Positions 13,718 through 25,501 of a DNA stretch of 64,000 bases are shown here, piece by piece (position 1 is the stretch's first letter; each line of letters starts with the position of its first letter). The DNA comes from Hemiscyllium ocellatum. Taxonomy: Eukaryota. A model generated the notes under the pieces. That model saw nothing but the letters and a program-made list of their open reading frames with translations. It did no database searches and was not told the origin of the DNA. The translations under genes were made by a program, and so were the position numbers. Where the stretch lies: assembly GCF_020745735.1 (NCBI RefSeq), contig NW_026867509.1:682001-746000 (forward strand). Reading direction: 5' to 3'.

Positions 13718-14031
13718 CCTCTGCAAATTATCACAGAAGAATGTGAAAATTCGAAACCCATCACCCCTGAGCAGCCCTTATCACCCCCTCTTTCCACCAA
13801 ATCCGCTGTCCTGGTTCTCATAAAACTGGTTTGTCGTTGTTATGGTTTTTAACAATTCTAAATGCTGAGGGGATCTAGTAGTGATGTGTTTTATGGGATA
13901 ATCGTCAGTGAAACGCTGTTGGGAATGACTGATGCCTTTCAGGATTCACGAATACCTGATGGCACCCAATTCTGAAGCTCGCACCTGAAGTCGCTTTTTA
14001 CTCAAAAAGTCCACATCTGACCAATACCGGG

Positions 14032-14103
14032 AGATTTGATGCTGTGCAGAAATATTGTGTTACTGGGTGGAGCCACACAGTGGATGAGACCTAAACAAAC
14101 ATC
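14032..14103 (+). other. D segment (16 nt, 14060-14075, ttactgggtggagcca) flanked by 12-bp-spacer RSSs
   Basis: 5' heptamer tattgtg (14053-14059) with a weak nonamer; 3' CACAGTG (14076-14082) - 12 nt - acaaacatc (14095-14103). Confidence 0.8.
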
Positions 14104-14401
14104 ATACACAATTGCAATAGATATTCTGTTGACCTGTACCCACAAATGCATGCGGAGAAGTTCGCATCCTGGTTTGATTTTACTGTAATTTCATACTTCT
14201 GTTCTCTTTCTTTGACATTATTCTCAATTTCTGCGAAGAGTTCATCTCCAGTTCACGTTCTCTGAGATTTTAGAATTTCCTCAAGAACAACTTGAATTGA
14301 TGCATTGTATCAGACTTGGAATCGAGTGCACTGATTCAACTCTCCTCAATACTGACGCAGAGCCAACTGGTGATTTTCGCCCAGGACATTAAGGTGTCAT
14401 T

Positions 14402-14498
14402 AGTTCTTGCATTTGTGTGACCGAGAACATTGTCATTGTAGTGTACAATGGAACAGTAGATGGATCCAGAACGGAGGTGACTGTCACAGCTGGCAAGT
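14402..14498 (+). other. NAR-TCR J segment (14441-14492) with 23-RSS, cassette 1
   Basis: agttcttgc - 23 nt - cattgta, then VYNGTVDGSRTEVTVTA-g|gcaagt (non-GT donor); the 3' part is near-identical to the J at 42165-42214. Confidence 0.8.
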
Positions 14499-15699
14499 AA
14501 CTCCAAACCCGACCGTGTTCAGAACTGTCTAGGAAAAAGCGTACTATTATTGCATTCTTGTGATCTATACTTCTTCAATGCAATTTCAGCTAAATTCAAC
14601 AGATTTCTGAGAGACACGTTTGTTACAAATTTAGATTTGAGAGCAGAATTATCTGCATGTGTGAAGTCTGGGAGTGACACCCAAGACATGGGCGAATAGG
14701 TGTTGTTGACCTCATTTGACACATCCTTGTTCAAAAGGGTCATCAGATGATGCAACCATAATCCCAGTCTCTCACTCTCACTCAAGTTGATTTGTGTAAA
14801 ATGGATTCAGGTTACCAAAGCTGTAACACTCACTCACACGTGTTGAGTTGAACTTTGCTGTGAAGACAGGAATGTGTTAAAGGAGCTGTCTTCTGTGCAA
14901 ACGATTTCTTCCCAGTGCTGTCAATGGGAATGTGGAACTAAAAAAGAGCATTTCCCTTTGCAATTATTGGTATAAAGTCTGGAGGGGTACAAAGCCGAGA
15001 AAATGACAGAGGGGGCTTCAGACATCATGACTTTAGCACTATCAGAATTTTATTACCGGGCAGGCAGTGACTGAATACAGCTTCATTCTTTGTGACATTT
15101 CTTTCAGTTGCGACTATATGTGCAATTATTTTCTTCCTTATTTTAATGTTTGAGATACTGGTTTTGACTTTCTTTTTACCTCGGATCTCGAATTCCACAG
15201 TGAAGTGCCAACAGCGAAATTAGAAAAGACTCCAACTTCCTCTCTATGTTTCACTTTTTCATTCATTTGAAAGCAGAAAATCGACGCAGCATCTAATGAT
15301 TTGACTACAATCTAGATCCTGCCCGTGGATGACAACTTGCCAGTCTCGGGCTGACAATACATAGTCTTCACTGAGTTTCGAACTCAGCGTCTCCTCTTGG
15401 CTGTGGCTGGTTTCAAAATATTATCGAATTGTCACTGCAAATGTCTCTGATGTGCCTTCATTTATAACTTGTTTTCAGTCTTCTAGACTGTCTGTTGCCA
15501 TGCCAATCTTGAACGAGTTTCTCATACAACTGAGGTCATTGATCTAACAGTGGTGTAAACAGTAGAGATATATACCCATCATTTGTATGATCAGTGCAAT
15601 TTTATCTATTTTTAGTAATTACAGAGACGAAATAATTTTGAAGGTTATTCCTTTGCTGATATTGTTTGTTTGGCTTTTCTTTCTGACGTTATTGTAATG

Positions 15700-16597
15700 T
15701 TATCTGGTGTTTGGTCAGAGTGTGGTGTCGAGGGTTGCTTTTCGAATGGAAGGACTGCGACCATCGTTGTGCCACAAGGCTCGGTGCCGGTCTCCCAACT
15801 TTTTGTCATTATGTATATATGATTTGAATGTGAATAAAAGAGATGTAATTAGTAAGATTGGAGGTGAAATCAATATTTGTGGTGTAGTAGACAACAATGT
15901 AGGCTAATTCAAAATACAATGGAACGTGGATCAGATGGGCTGATGGCTGAAGGAATGGCAGATGGAGTTCACATTAGATAAAAGTGAAGTGCAAAAATTG
16001 AAAAGTGAAAATCAGGGCAGGTTTGCACATTTACTGGTAAGGTTCAGGGGACTTTTTCTGAATAAGTGATTGTAGATTGCAGGTTCCTTGTTCTTTGAAA
16101 TTAGATTCAGATGTAGACAATATCGTGAAGAAGGCGTTTGGTACCCTTGCCTTTTTTTGTCAGTGCATTACATATCCGATGTATGAGACCACATCGCAGC
16201 TGTTAAGGACATTGTTTAGGCAAACTTTTGGAATACTACGTTCAAGTCTGGTCTCCCTGCTATAGGAATGATATTGTGAAACTTAAAACGATTCAGAAAA
16301 GATTTATACGGGTTTGGCCAGGCTTGGCGTTTTTCAGATGTTAAGGTACGCTGAATAGGCTGAGGCTTTTTCCCCGGAACGTCAGAGGGGGAGGTGTTAA
16401 CTTACAGAAGTTTAAAAAATCATGAGGAAGATGGATCAAGTGATTAGTCAACGTCTATTTCCCATGGTAAGGGAGTACAAAACGAGAGCGCATATGTTTC
16501 AGTTAAGATGGGGTGCGGCAGGTTGTAAAATGATGTTGGGACACCGTTCTCATGCAGAGTGTAGGGCATTCATGGAATGAACTGCCAGAGGGAGATG
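15700..16597 (+). mobile_element. Old decayed CR1 LINE fragment
   Basis: RT-like relics (gccacaaggctcggtgccggtctcccaactttttgtcattatg; aggaatggcagatggagttc; gtctggtctccctgctatagg). Confidence 0.7.
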
Positions 16598-17870
16598 TAT
16601 AGAACATAGAACAATACAGCACAGAACAGGCCCTTCGGCCCACGATAGTGTGCCGAAAAGTTGTCCTATGTACCTATCCAATTGCCGCTTAAAGGTCACC
16701 AATGATTCTGACTCTGCCACTCCCACAGGCAGCGCATTCCATGCTCCCACCACTCTCTGTGTAAAGAACCTACTCCTGACATCCCCCTATACCTTCCACC
16801 ATTCGCCTTAAATTTATGTCCCCTTGTAACACTCTGTTGTATACGGGGAAAATGTCTCTGACTGTCTACTTCATCTATTCCCCTGATCATCTTATAAATC
16901 TCTATCAAATCACCCCTCATCCTTCACCGTTCCAATGAGAAAAGGCCTATCACTCTCAACCTATCCTCGTACGACCTATCCTCCATTCCAGCCAAGATCC
17001 TGGTAAATCTCCTCTGCACCCTCGTCAAAGCTTCCACATCTTTCCTAAAATGAGGCGACCAGAACTGCACACAGTACTCCAAATGTGGCCTTCCCAGGAT
17101 CCTATACAGCTTCAACATCACCTCAATATTCTTGAATTCAACCCCTCTGCTAATGAACGCTAATACACCATAGGCCTTCTTACAAGCTCTATCCACCTGA
17201 GTGGTAATTTTAAAAGATCTGTGAACATAGATCCCAAGATCCCTCTGCTCCTCCACCTTACTAAGAACCCTAGCGTTAACCCTGTATTCCGCATTCCTAT
17301 TTGTCCTTCCAAAATGAACAACCTCACAGGGCTGAACTCCATCTGCCACTCCTCAGCACAGCTCTGCATCATTTCTAACTCCATTTGCAGCCGACAAGAG
17401 CCCTCCTCATTATCCACAACTCCACCAATCTTCGTATCGTCTTCAAATTTACTGACACACACTTCGACTCCCTCTTTCAAGTCATTAATAGAAATTACAA
17501 ACAGCAGAGGACCCACAACTGATCCCTTCGGAACTCCACTTGTAACTGGGCTCCAGGCTGAATATTTACCATCTACAACCACTCTCTAACTTCAACCGAT
17601 TAGCCAGTTCTCTATCCAACTGGCCAAACTTCCCACTATCCCATGCCTCCTGACTTTCCGCATAAGCCTACCATGGGGAACCTTGTCAAATGCCTTACTA
17701 AAATCCATGTACACTACATCCACTGCTCTACCCTCATCCACATGCTTGGTCACCTCCACAAAGAATTCAATAAGACTTGTAAGGCAAGACCTACCCCTCA
17801 CAAGTCCGTTCTGGCTGTTACGGGTCTTGCAGTTACAACACGAAAAGTCATCTGAATGCATATCTAAATT
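16598..17870 (-). mobile_element. 5'-truncated CR1 LINE with frameshifts and (CATAGAA) tail, nested in the older CR1
   Basis: ORF pieces SCLTSLIEFF, VDVVYMDFSKAFDKVPH, VTSGVPKGSVVGPLLF, RPHLEYCVQFWSP, MRGDLIEIYKMIRG; tail atagaacatagaacaatacagcac. Confidence 0.95.
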
Positions 17871-20379
17871 GGAAGGATTGGGAGGTATATGGTCCAAATG
17901 GTGGCAAATGAAGCTACATTAATTTAGAATATCTGATTGTCATGGACGGGTTGGACTGAAGATTCCGAATTTTACATCCCTGATTCGATTATATTGAAAT
18001 TCAACTGCTCAGTGAAGGGTCACACTTACAAATTGAATTACTCTGGATTGCATTATGTTAACTGTATCTTATTACAACTCGGATTGACCTAATTAAACGT
18101 ATCTATCCCTTAATGGAGCCCATAAGTAATCCGTTTGTTAGACGTTTGAATACGAAAGGCTCAATGCATTTGGAAATAATGCAAATGATGATGTGAAGAC
18201 AGGTGAACCACCTTGATATACATGAAATTTACCGCCCTACTCAGGGCGGAATCTCCAGTTCAGATTAATATACGTTTACATGATCAACTTTGATTTTTTT
18301 TTAACACCGCTGAGTATAGGGTTGAGCAGCTATACACATTATTTTCAGCGTTAGAACAGCCTGGGCCTTATCTCTAAAGTCAGTGAGGATGAGAAGATTC
18401 CATAGAAATCTTTGATCTGGAGTGAATGAATTGCCTGTGGAGACATTTGTTCCACTGTCTGTCGCTCCAGAACAAAACGCTGCACAGTACAGCTGTATGA
18501 AGTTCCAAAACAGCAGATGGATACATTGGGAGGAATGCATGCATACAGAGACAGATTTTGAGCATCCGCAATTCCTTGCTTTATTGTTTTGGTGCAAGTT
18601 ATAATAGAAAACACAGCAAATAATTCTTCTGATGATATCAAAGTAACATTCTGAAAATAAAAAATTGGGAAAATCCATGTTTACTTTTGTTTGCACATTT
18701 CAACGAATCGAAACACTGCACAACTTAAACCATTTATGTTTGCAAATGAAGCCACAGCACACTTTATTCCGATACCTGAGACACACAGCTGAAAATGGTT
18801 CCACTATACAGGATACATTCCAAGCATTTTGTTGATCAAGTCTTTTCCCGCTGTAGTCAGTTGCAACAGTATGAAGAACATTGGGAAAATGAGCTTGAAC
18901 AATCATAGGATCACTCTATTTGGCCTATTGAGGCTACACCAAACCTCCAAAGAGCATCCCAACCGTACCCACTGCCTTCCCATCGAATGCTGTATTTCCA
19001 ATGGCTAATTGTAATCACCTAGCCGAAGCATAGCCATAGAGCAAAGTGTATGCTTAAACAGTTCATGTTAGTCTGAGATTCCTACATTATCAGAGACTTA
19101 ACTGGATATTATTTGTCTCTATTTTGATTGGGAACATTGATTGCAGCCAACCAGGAGACTGGCATAAGAATATGAGCTTGTATGCAGCGGGCTGTTAAGA
19201 TCAGTAATGCACAATCAAGTTGCTGGTAGATAGGAATTGTGTTTTTTTTTAATCTCGAATGTAATCGGATAAATCTGTACAGATAAAGAAGATAGTAATT
19301 TGAGCAAGTAGAAACATAGGGTAATAAAAAAAGCAACACGAATACGTCATTCAGCACCTCGAGCCAGTTCTTCTTTTCAATGTAATTCTGGTTGATCAGG
19401 GAGGTCAATACAATAATCCTACCCTCTTCCCATATCCCTTGATCCCTTTGGATATAAAAGCGAAATTCGATCGAGCATTCGTGAGGGAGAGAGGTAATGA
19501 AAATGTCTATGTGAGAGAAAGATAGGGAGCTTGTGTATAAGAGACGTAGATAATAAGATTGAGCATGCAAGAGAGAGAAGGCAAGATATGAAGAACCGAA
19601 TTGTCCCCGAACACTTCATTCCCAATATCTTGTTGCTTATGCAGCTGTCAATAGTGGGAAATGTTCCAATTCCTCTGGTCAGTTTTTGTCTTTAAATCTC
19701 AACACATTTCAATCTGAGCCATAGAAATTGAAGAATATTAATAACTGACTTCGCTGATTATGAGGCTTGTGAATTTTATCATGCCAGCTGATGTCCCTGT
19801 TAAAGACGGGCACAACTGGCAAATTAAGAACTAATATGCGGCGTGATCGCTAGTGCAATCGATAATGCGCTTCCTGCTGCATCTGGCGATTGCATGCTTG
19901 ATCCTCACGTGCCTCCAGTGCATTTCTTAGACTCAGTGTTCATCACTTGTCAAAGTAGACGATTTTTGTTGTACTACTTAAAAAATTCACTGGAAAATAG
20001 CTGATGAGAAAAGTTGCTGGTAGGATTCGAACATGTGCAAGGATAACATTGTTGTTGCATTTATATTGTGGTGACAATCACCAGATGAATGCTGATAATG
20101 TTGGTCCAAAGATCGTAATGTGATTTCACCATCGAAAAAAGCGAATTGACCTGGACTGGCTCCGCTATGATCCCAGAGTTTCCCTGTAATTCTGCTCCTT
20201 CTCGTTAATCAGACCTTCGAGGAAATAATAGACTGAGATTGATAGATGAAGAGAAGGATCGGGTTTTGTGGATCCCTATGTAAACCATCCTCGGGATCAA
20301 CACGTTTTAGATCGTTAATATATGAATAAGAAACAACGTTTTGTCGTATTTTCTTATGCAGTGCATGAGGACGTCGCTG

Positions 20380-20690
20380 GTAAGGCAGCGTTTACTTACC
20401 ACTCCTAAAAGTGGGCAGTTAAGGCTCAACCATATTGCTGTGAGTCTGGAGGCAAAAATAGGACAGACAAAGAAAGGATGGCAGTTTCCTTCCCTAAAAG
20501 ACATCAGTGAACCTGATGGGTTTTTCCGACAATCGACAATAGGTTCATAATCATTATGAGATAGACTTTTTAAAATTAAATTCAGATTCTACCATCTATC
20601 AGAGCAGGATTCGTAGCTGTGCGCCCAGAAATTAACCTGGCTCTCTGGATTAACAGGCCATCAGTAATACCAGGAGGTCATCTCCTCCTC
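20380..20690 (-). mobile_element. Shark tRNA-type SINE copy
   Basis: Same family as 4057-4290 (gggcagttaaggctcaaccatattgctgtgagtctggag...aggatggcagtttccttccctaaaagacatcagtgaacc). Confidence 0.6.
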
Positions 20691-20854
20691 GACTCCACCT
20701 ACATTCTCTGATGAGGGTCAACCTTGTGAGGCAAGAGAGGGATCACCGAATAACAGCAGGTATAGTTCAGATACAAGCGAGGGGTGAGTATGATGAATCT
20801 GAAATAAGCCCTTACTTTGGAATGAAGAAACTTGGTCAATAAGTAACTGTGAGA

Positions 20855-21025
20855 AGGTGAGGACTGCAGATGCTGGAGATCAAAGAAAGTAGTGTGTTGT
20901 TGGAAAGCACAGCCTATCAGACAACATCCGAGGAGCAAGAAAATGCTGAAGGGCTTCTGCTTGAAATGTCGGTTCTCCTACTGCTCCAGTACTGCCTGAC
21001 CGTCTGTGCTTTCCAAGCACCACTC
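20855..21025. repeat. Penelope terminal-repeat-derived fold-back element
   Basis: Starts with gaggactgcagatgctggagatc as in the Penelope repeats at 57187 and 60548; inverted arms ttggaaagcacag (20900-20912) and ctgtgctttccaa (21004-21016). Confidence 0.6.
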
Positions 21026-22539
21026 TCTTCGACACATTCGTAACTGTTCCAAGTTGTCCATGCAAAAGAATAAGAATAGATGGAATAATGTAATTAAAAG
21101 CAACAGAAGACAACAGTTCATGACTGACAACAAAGATATATCAGTGACGAAGAATGATACTACTAAGAATATAAACCAATCATTGTTAACTCAGAAAGTT
21201 AAATGAAAAAATTGAAAAGTACATGTAGACAGATTAAGGCGCAAAAAAGATTTTTTTTTCTCAAAGAAGTGTTGAAGAAGGAGGTACACTACAAGAAACA
21301 ATCAAAACCGCATCTACTTGTTTAATAAGTTAGTGACCGTTCAGTATGAATTTAATGGGTTGAATATAGAAGGTGGAAACAGAGACAAACCAAACCAGTG
21401 ATATCGTCTCGTCTCAGGTGCAGAACCCATTTAAAACAGCAACTTACTGATTAGGACAACTCCATGCAGCCAATACACACAGCAAACAGTTCCTGGTAGA
21501 CTTGAGCACGATAATGCAAACTTTCCGTGTCACTTTTCAATTAATACAAAAAGAGAGAACAGACTTTTTTGTTTGATGTATTCGACCAGAAGACGAAAGT
21601 GGGCTCTGTGGTAAAATACAAATAAGAAATGTTCTTCTCATACTTACTTTGCAAGTACATAGTACTTCGTTACTTATCAGAACTTCAAGCTTCCATGTTA
21701 ATCTGATGCTTTCTTTTATACTCTGTCAATAAATTTGCTCAATGTCTCCTTCAGCATTACCCTCTAAACCCACAAACTCTCCACTCAGCATAAAGACAGC
21801 AAAACTACTGGAGACCAAGACACTGCAACTTTCACGCCAAAGCAAGCACACTATTCGAGTTTGAATCTCAGCACGACTCTTGCACAGCAAACAAGTCAAA
21901 CTTCTGACTCTCCCTTCCTAATCACATTGAGATGTACCTTCACGAGATTAACTGTCAATGGCATCTTGGCAAGATCACTGGCGTCGCAATCCAATTACTC
22001 TGATTCGAGTTTAGACTTCTTGGACCTATCATTCCATTTGGAGGTGTTTGATTGCTAATTTTCATAATATAGAGTTAAAGCCCAGTGTATGGAAATGACC
22101 GTGAACTTCTCATTGATGTGCTTTTAACACTTTCTTGAGCAATAGCAATAATTCCTTGTTTGTTACTCAAACCTTCTTGGAATGAAGAGAAATTTGGAAA
22201 TATTATGATAGGTTCCCTTACTCAAATAAATATAAATTCTGAATCCATAGGGTTGCTGAACTGCGAAACAAATGATTCCTCCATTGCTTTATATGTAAAC
22301 GTTATCTTTCATGCTACTCCTGCCCTCTGATGGTAGCCAGTTATATTTTCCTTCGCCACGTTCAGAGAAAGTCGACAACCTCGAGTCAGAGAGTCAGAGA
22401 GATACAAAGCAAGGAAAGAGTGACTTGGACGACTAGAAAACCGAAACAAAATCTAGTAACACTTGAAAGCATATTGACTATATCATTCATAGCGCTTCAT
22501 ATTCATATTCAAATTATCTTTAAAATGTTTTAATTATAC

Positions 22540-22850
22540 CAGCCTCCAACACTTCATCGCACTCCAACGGACTCTATGAAAATTCAGCCCATGCATAAAA
22601 ATGTTGCACTCTAGGTCCCTTCTAAATCTTTTCACTCTCACCTTAAACTTATATCCAACAGTTTTGTAGTCCCTCACTTCACGGAAATGAATTGTCCATT
22701 CAGCCTATCAATGCCCCGATGATTTCATATACCTCTATAAGATCAACCCTCATCCTCCGACCCTCCAGGGAAAACAGCTCCAGCCTGTTCAGCATCTCAC
22801 AACAGCTCAAACCTTCCAACACTAGCACATCCTTGTAAATCTTTTGATCG
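22540..22850 (-). mobile_element. Decayed CR1 3' fragment
   Basis: atacctctataagatcaaccctcatcctccgaccctccagggaaaacagctccagcc is the reverse complement of the CR1 ...LFSLE.RRLRGDLIEVY region. Confidence 0.75.
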
Positions 22851-24204
22851 TGTGTTCAGCTTGCGTGAAGACATCCATACAGTAGTCATTAACAACATGG
22901 CATGCATTTCCAAACTAATTATTTTCTGATAGCCATCATAACTGTTGGGCATTCCAAATGACTTCTATGAACAAAGTTAATGCGCGAAGTGAACAGACTG
23001 CCTGTAGGGGAGTTCAGCAGGGTTCAATTCCAAAAAATATTTCCATAATCCTGTAGTATGGATATGTTGGGCCATTGGGGTGTTTCTACACTGTTCTCTG
23101 ACTGACTCTAACTGTTGGTTCAACGTCTTGACTGAATCAACAGGAAGTTAAGACATTATTAGTGTTGGTGGTCCTGAGTTGTCAGACCTTGTTTTGCAAC
23201 ACTGGACAATGACGTACTGAGACAAAGACTGAACACTCTTATAAACTTTCCGTGCAGCTGCCTCTCATAAACTCTCATGACAATTCGTGGTTTCCATCAA
23301 TAGGTTTCAACACTCCTATAACGAAAGAGTTATTCAGAATTGTGCAGAATGTGTTATCTCCTGAGGGGTGCCAAGTCCCAAGTGCGACCCGTAATCTGCA
23401 GAAGCGGATTTAACTTGATTCGAGCATCCACATTCAAGAATGTCTCTTTCGTGACTCAGTTTCAACATAGGTTTGTTTTATATCAATTGTCATCTGAAGA
23501 GGAACCCCGTTGTTCTTTACGGAAGTTAAATTTGCAGTAGAAAACTGCTGGCAAAGAATGAAACGTTTACATGTAGGATGAAAAATGTTAATTTCCATCC
23601 AGACGAACAGCAGAGTGACGAAAACTTTCACTGGCGGCTCGGACTTACTACTCAGTCATCAAAATATGTTTTTGATTAGGTAATAGTTTACCGATGTGTA
23701 TTAGATCCCGCTTTCTTATTGACATATTAATCAAGTCTGCATGATTCTGGATCACTGAATCGATCCTTCATCATTCTAGAACTGGAAGAAACGCCGTACA
23801 GCGGCAGTACTCAGTAACACGCAGTGCTTTTGATGTCATTATACTTTCACGAGTGAGTGATTATTACAATTACATGGCAGGCTATTACCTCTCAACCGAA
23901 TCCTACAATTCCCCATGTCGTTGGAGGATTCGGTTTAAACTCGACTGGTTGCTGCATTTTCTACACCACATCATCATTGAAACATTGAAACACCTTTGGG
24001 CATCTCAAAACGCACAAAAGAAGTTATTTGTACGTAATTCATTGAACTAACAGTATTACTCCATTTTAATCAGATTACTAACTGTTAAATTTTGGTGTTC
24101 ATACGCGAGGTATATGCTATCACCCTGAACTCGGATACCACTTCAGATCCGCCCCTATTCTCACTGTTTCGTTGACGTGCTATCATGTGCAGTTGCTGTC
24201 TGAC

Positions 24205-24243
24205 AGTTTTTGTACGGGGTCAGCCATGTTCCGAGTCTCTGTG
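24205..24243 (-). other. 23-bp RSS of the inverted TCR V
   Basis: On the minus strand: CACAGAG - actcggaacatggctgaccccgt (23 nt) - ACAAAAACT. Confidence 0.92.
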
Positions 24244-24550
24244 GGGCTCAGTGCGCAGTAATACACTGTGGAGTCTGTAAGTTCTGTTTTCAACACATTC
24301 AGCTGGATAGTGCGGTTCACATGATCAAACTTCGAGGAAATCCGGTCTTCTGGAAGTCTGTCTGCGGTGCTGATATATTGGCTTCTCTTTACGAGAAATT
24401 CCATGAAGCCGTTGGAATGCTGCCTGTACCAGAACAGGGTAGGATCGCTACTTGTTGTAGCTGTGTAATTACAAAATAACAGGACATCATCCCCCTCATT
24501 CACTGCGATTGCATCCGGTCGTTGCGTGACGGAATCTGCACAACAAAGTC
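24244..24550 (-). CDS. TCR alpha/delta V exon, open frame, inverted relative to the other V segments
   Basis: Acceptor ctacag, then GLCCADSVTQRPDAIAVNEGDDVLLFCNYTATTSSDPTLFWYRQHSNGFMEFLVKRSQYISTADRLPEDRISSKFDHVNRTIQLNVLKTELTDSTVYYCALSP; C, WYRQ and D-x-x-x-Y-Y-C are all intact. Confidence 0.93.
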
Positions 24551-24591
24551 CTGTAGGAGCCAGGAGTGAGAGTAAATTTTAAAGATTACTT

Positions 24592-24980
24592 CACAGAGTC
24601 ATGGAGATGTACAGCATGGGAACAGACTGTTCGGTCCTACCAATCCATGCCGAACAGATATCCCAACCCAATCTGATCCCACCTGCCAGTAACCAGCCCA
24701 TATCCCTCTAAACTCTTCCTATTCATATACCCATCCAAATGCCTCTTAACAGTTGCAAATGTACCAGCCTCCACCACTTCTACGTAAAAAAAAGTTGCCC
24801 CTTCGGTGTTTTTTATATCTTAACCTCAAACTATACCTTCTAGTTGTGGACTCCCCCACCCCAGGGAAAATATTTTGTCTATTTACCCTATCCATTTCCC
24901 TCATAATTTTATAAACCTCTATAAGGTCACCCCTCAGCCCGCGACGCTCCAGAGAAAACAGCCACAGCCTGTTCAGCCTT
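24592..24980 (-). mobile_element. CR1 3' fragment inserted in the leader-V intron
   Basis: RLWLFSLERRGLRGDLIEVYKIMREMDRVNRQNIFPGVGES followed by a CR1-like 3' UTR. Confidence 0.85.
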
Positions 24981-24996
24981 GAATCAGCCCGTTCAC

Positions 24997-25053
24997 CTTG
25001 AAAAGTAAACAGAGAAAGAAGAGGCAGGGAAACTAGAAAAGGATCAATTTCAT
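24997..25053 (-). pseudogene. Proximal leader exon of the inverted V, frameshifted by one base
   Basis: ATGAAATTGATCCTTTTCTAG...TTTCAAG|gtgaac is 57 nt. Adding one base gives MKLIPFLVSLPLLSLFTFQ-G in phase 1. A CRE-like tgacgtgaca lies ~155 nt upstream (25206-25215). Confidence 0.6.
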
Positions 25054-25446
25054 GCAACTCAGCGACTGGAACTGTTATGGACTTTTACAGATAAAATAAA
25101 ATGTTTTTTTTTTAAAACACAGGCCACACTATTAACGACATGATTTCCCATTCCCTTTCCGAGAGGATAATTGAAAACAGTCGTTGAGTTTAAAAGTCCT
25201 TCCTTTGTCACGTCATTTCAATCGCTTCAGTCCTGTCTGGATTCCCAGCCAAGCTGTTCCCCTGTCATTGTCCAAGCGTAGTCGTTAATTTCTCCCAGGC
25301 TTTGTATAGTTTTCGGAAATCTTAGACGCAGGTGATTTTCATCTGTGGAGAATGTGTTTCTGCCTTGCTGTTGCCCGAAGTGCTCAAATCAATGTATATC
25401 CCGGCAAAGACCTGAAGCATAAAAGTTCCACAAGTTTTGAACATAC

Positions 25447-25501
25447 CATTTAGAAGAAAAGTTGCAGCTGTGAGTAGTAAACAAACAGTTCCAGACGACA
25501 T
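25447..25501 (-). CDS. Intact distal leader-like exon MSSGTVCLLLTAATFLLN-G
   Basis: 55 nt with ATG, a hydrophobic core and a phase-1 donor gtatgt; its partner V exon is uncertain. Confidence 0.5.

Noticed and set aside
18301-18696. Three overlapping minus-strand ORFs with faint V-like words (NLSLYAC, LTLKI)
   Set aside because: No WYxQ, no YYC and no RSS; they could not be aligned to any V family by eye.
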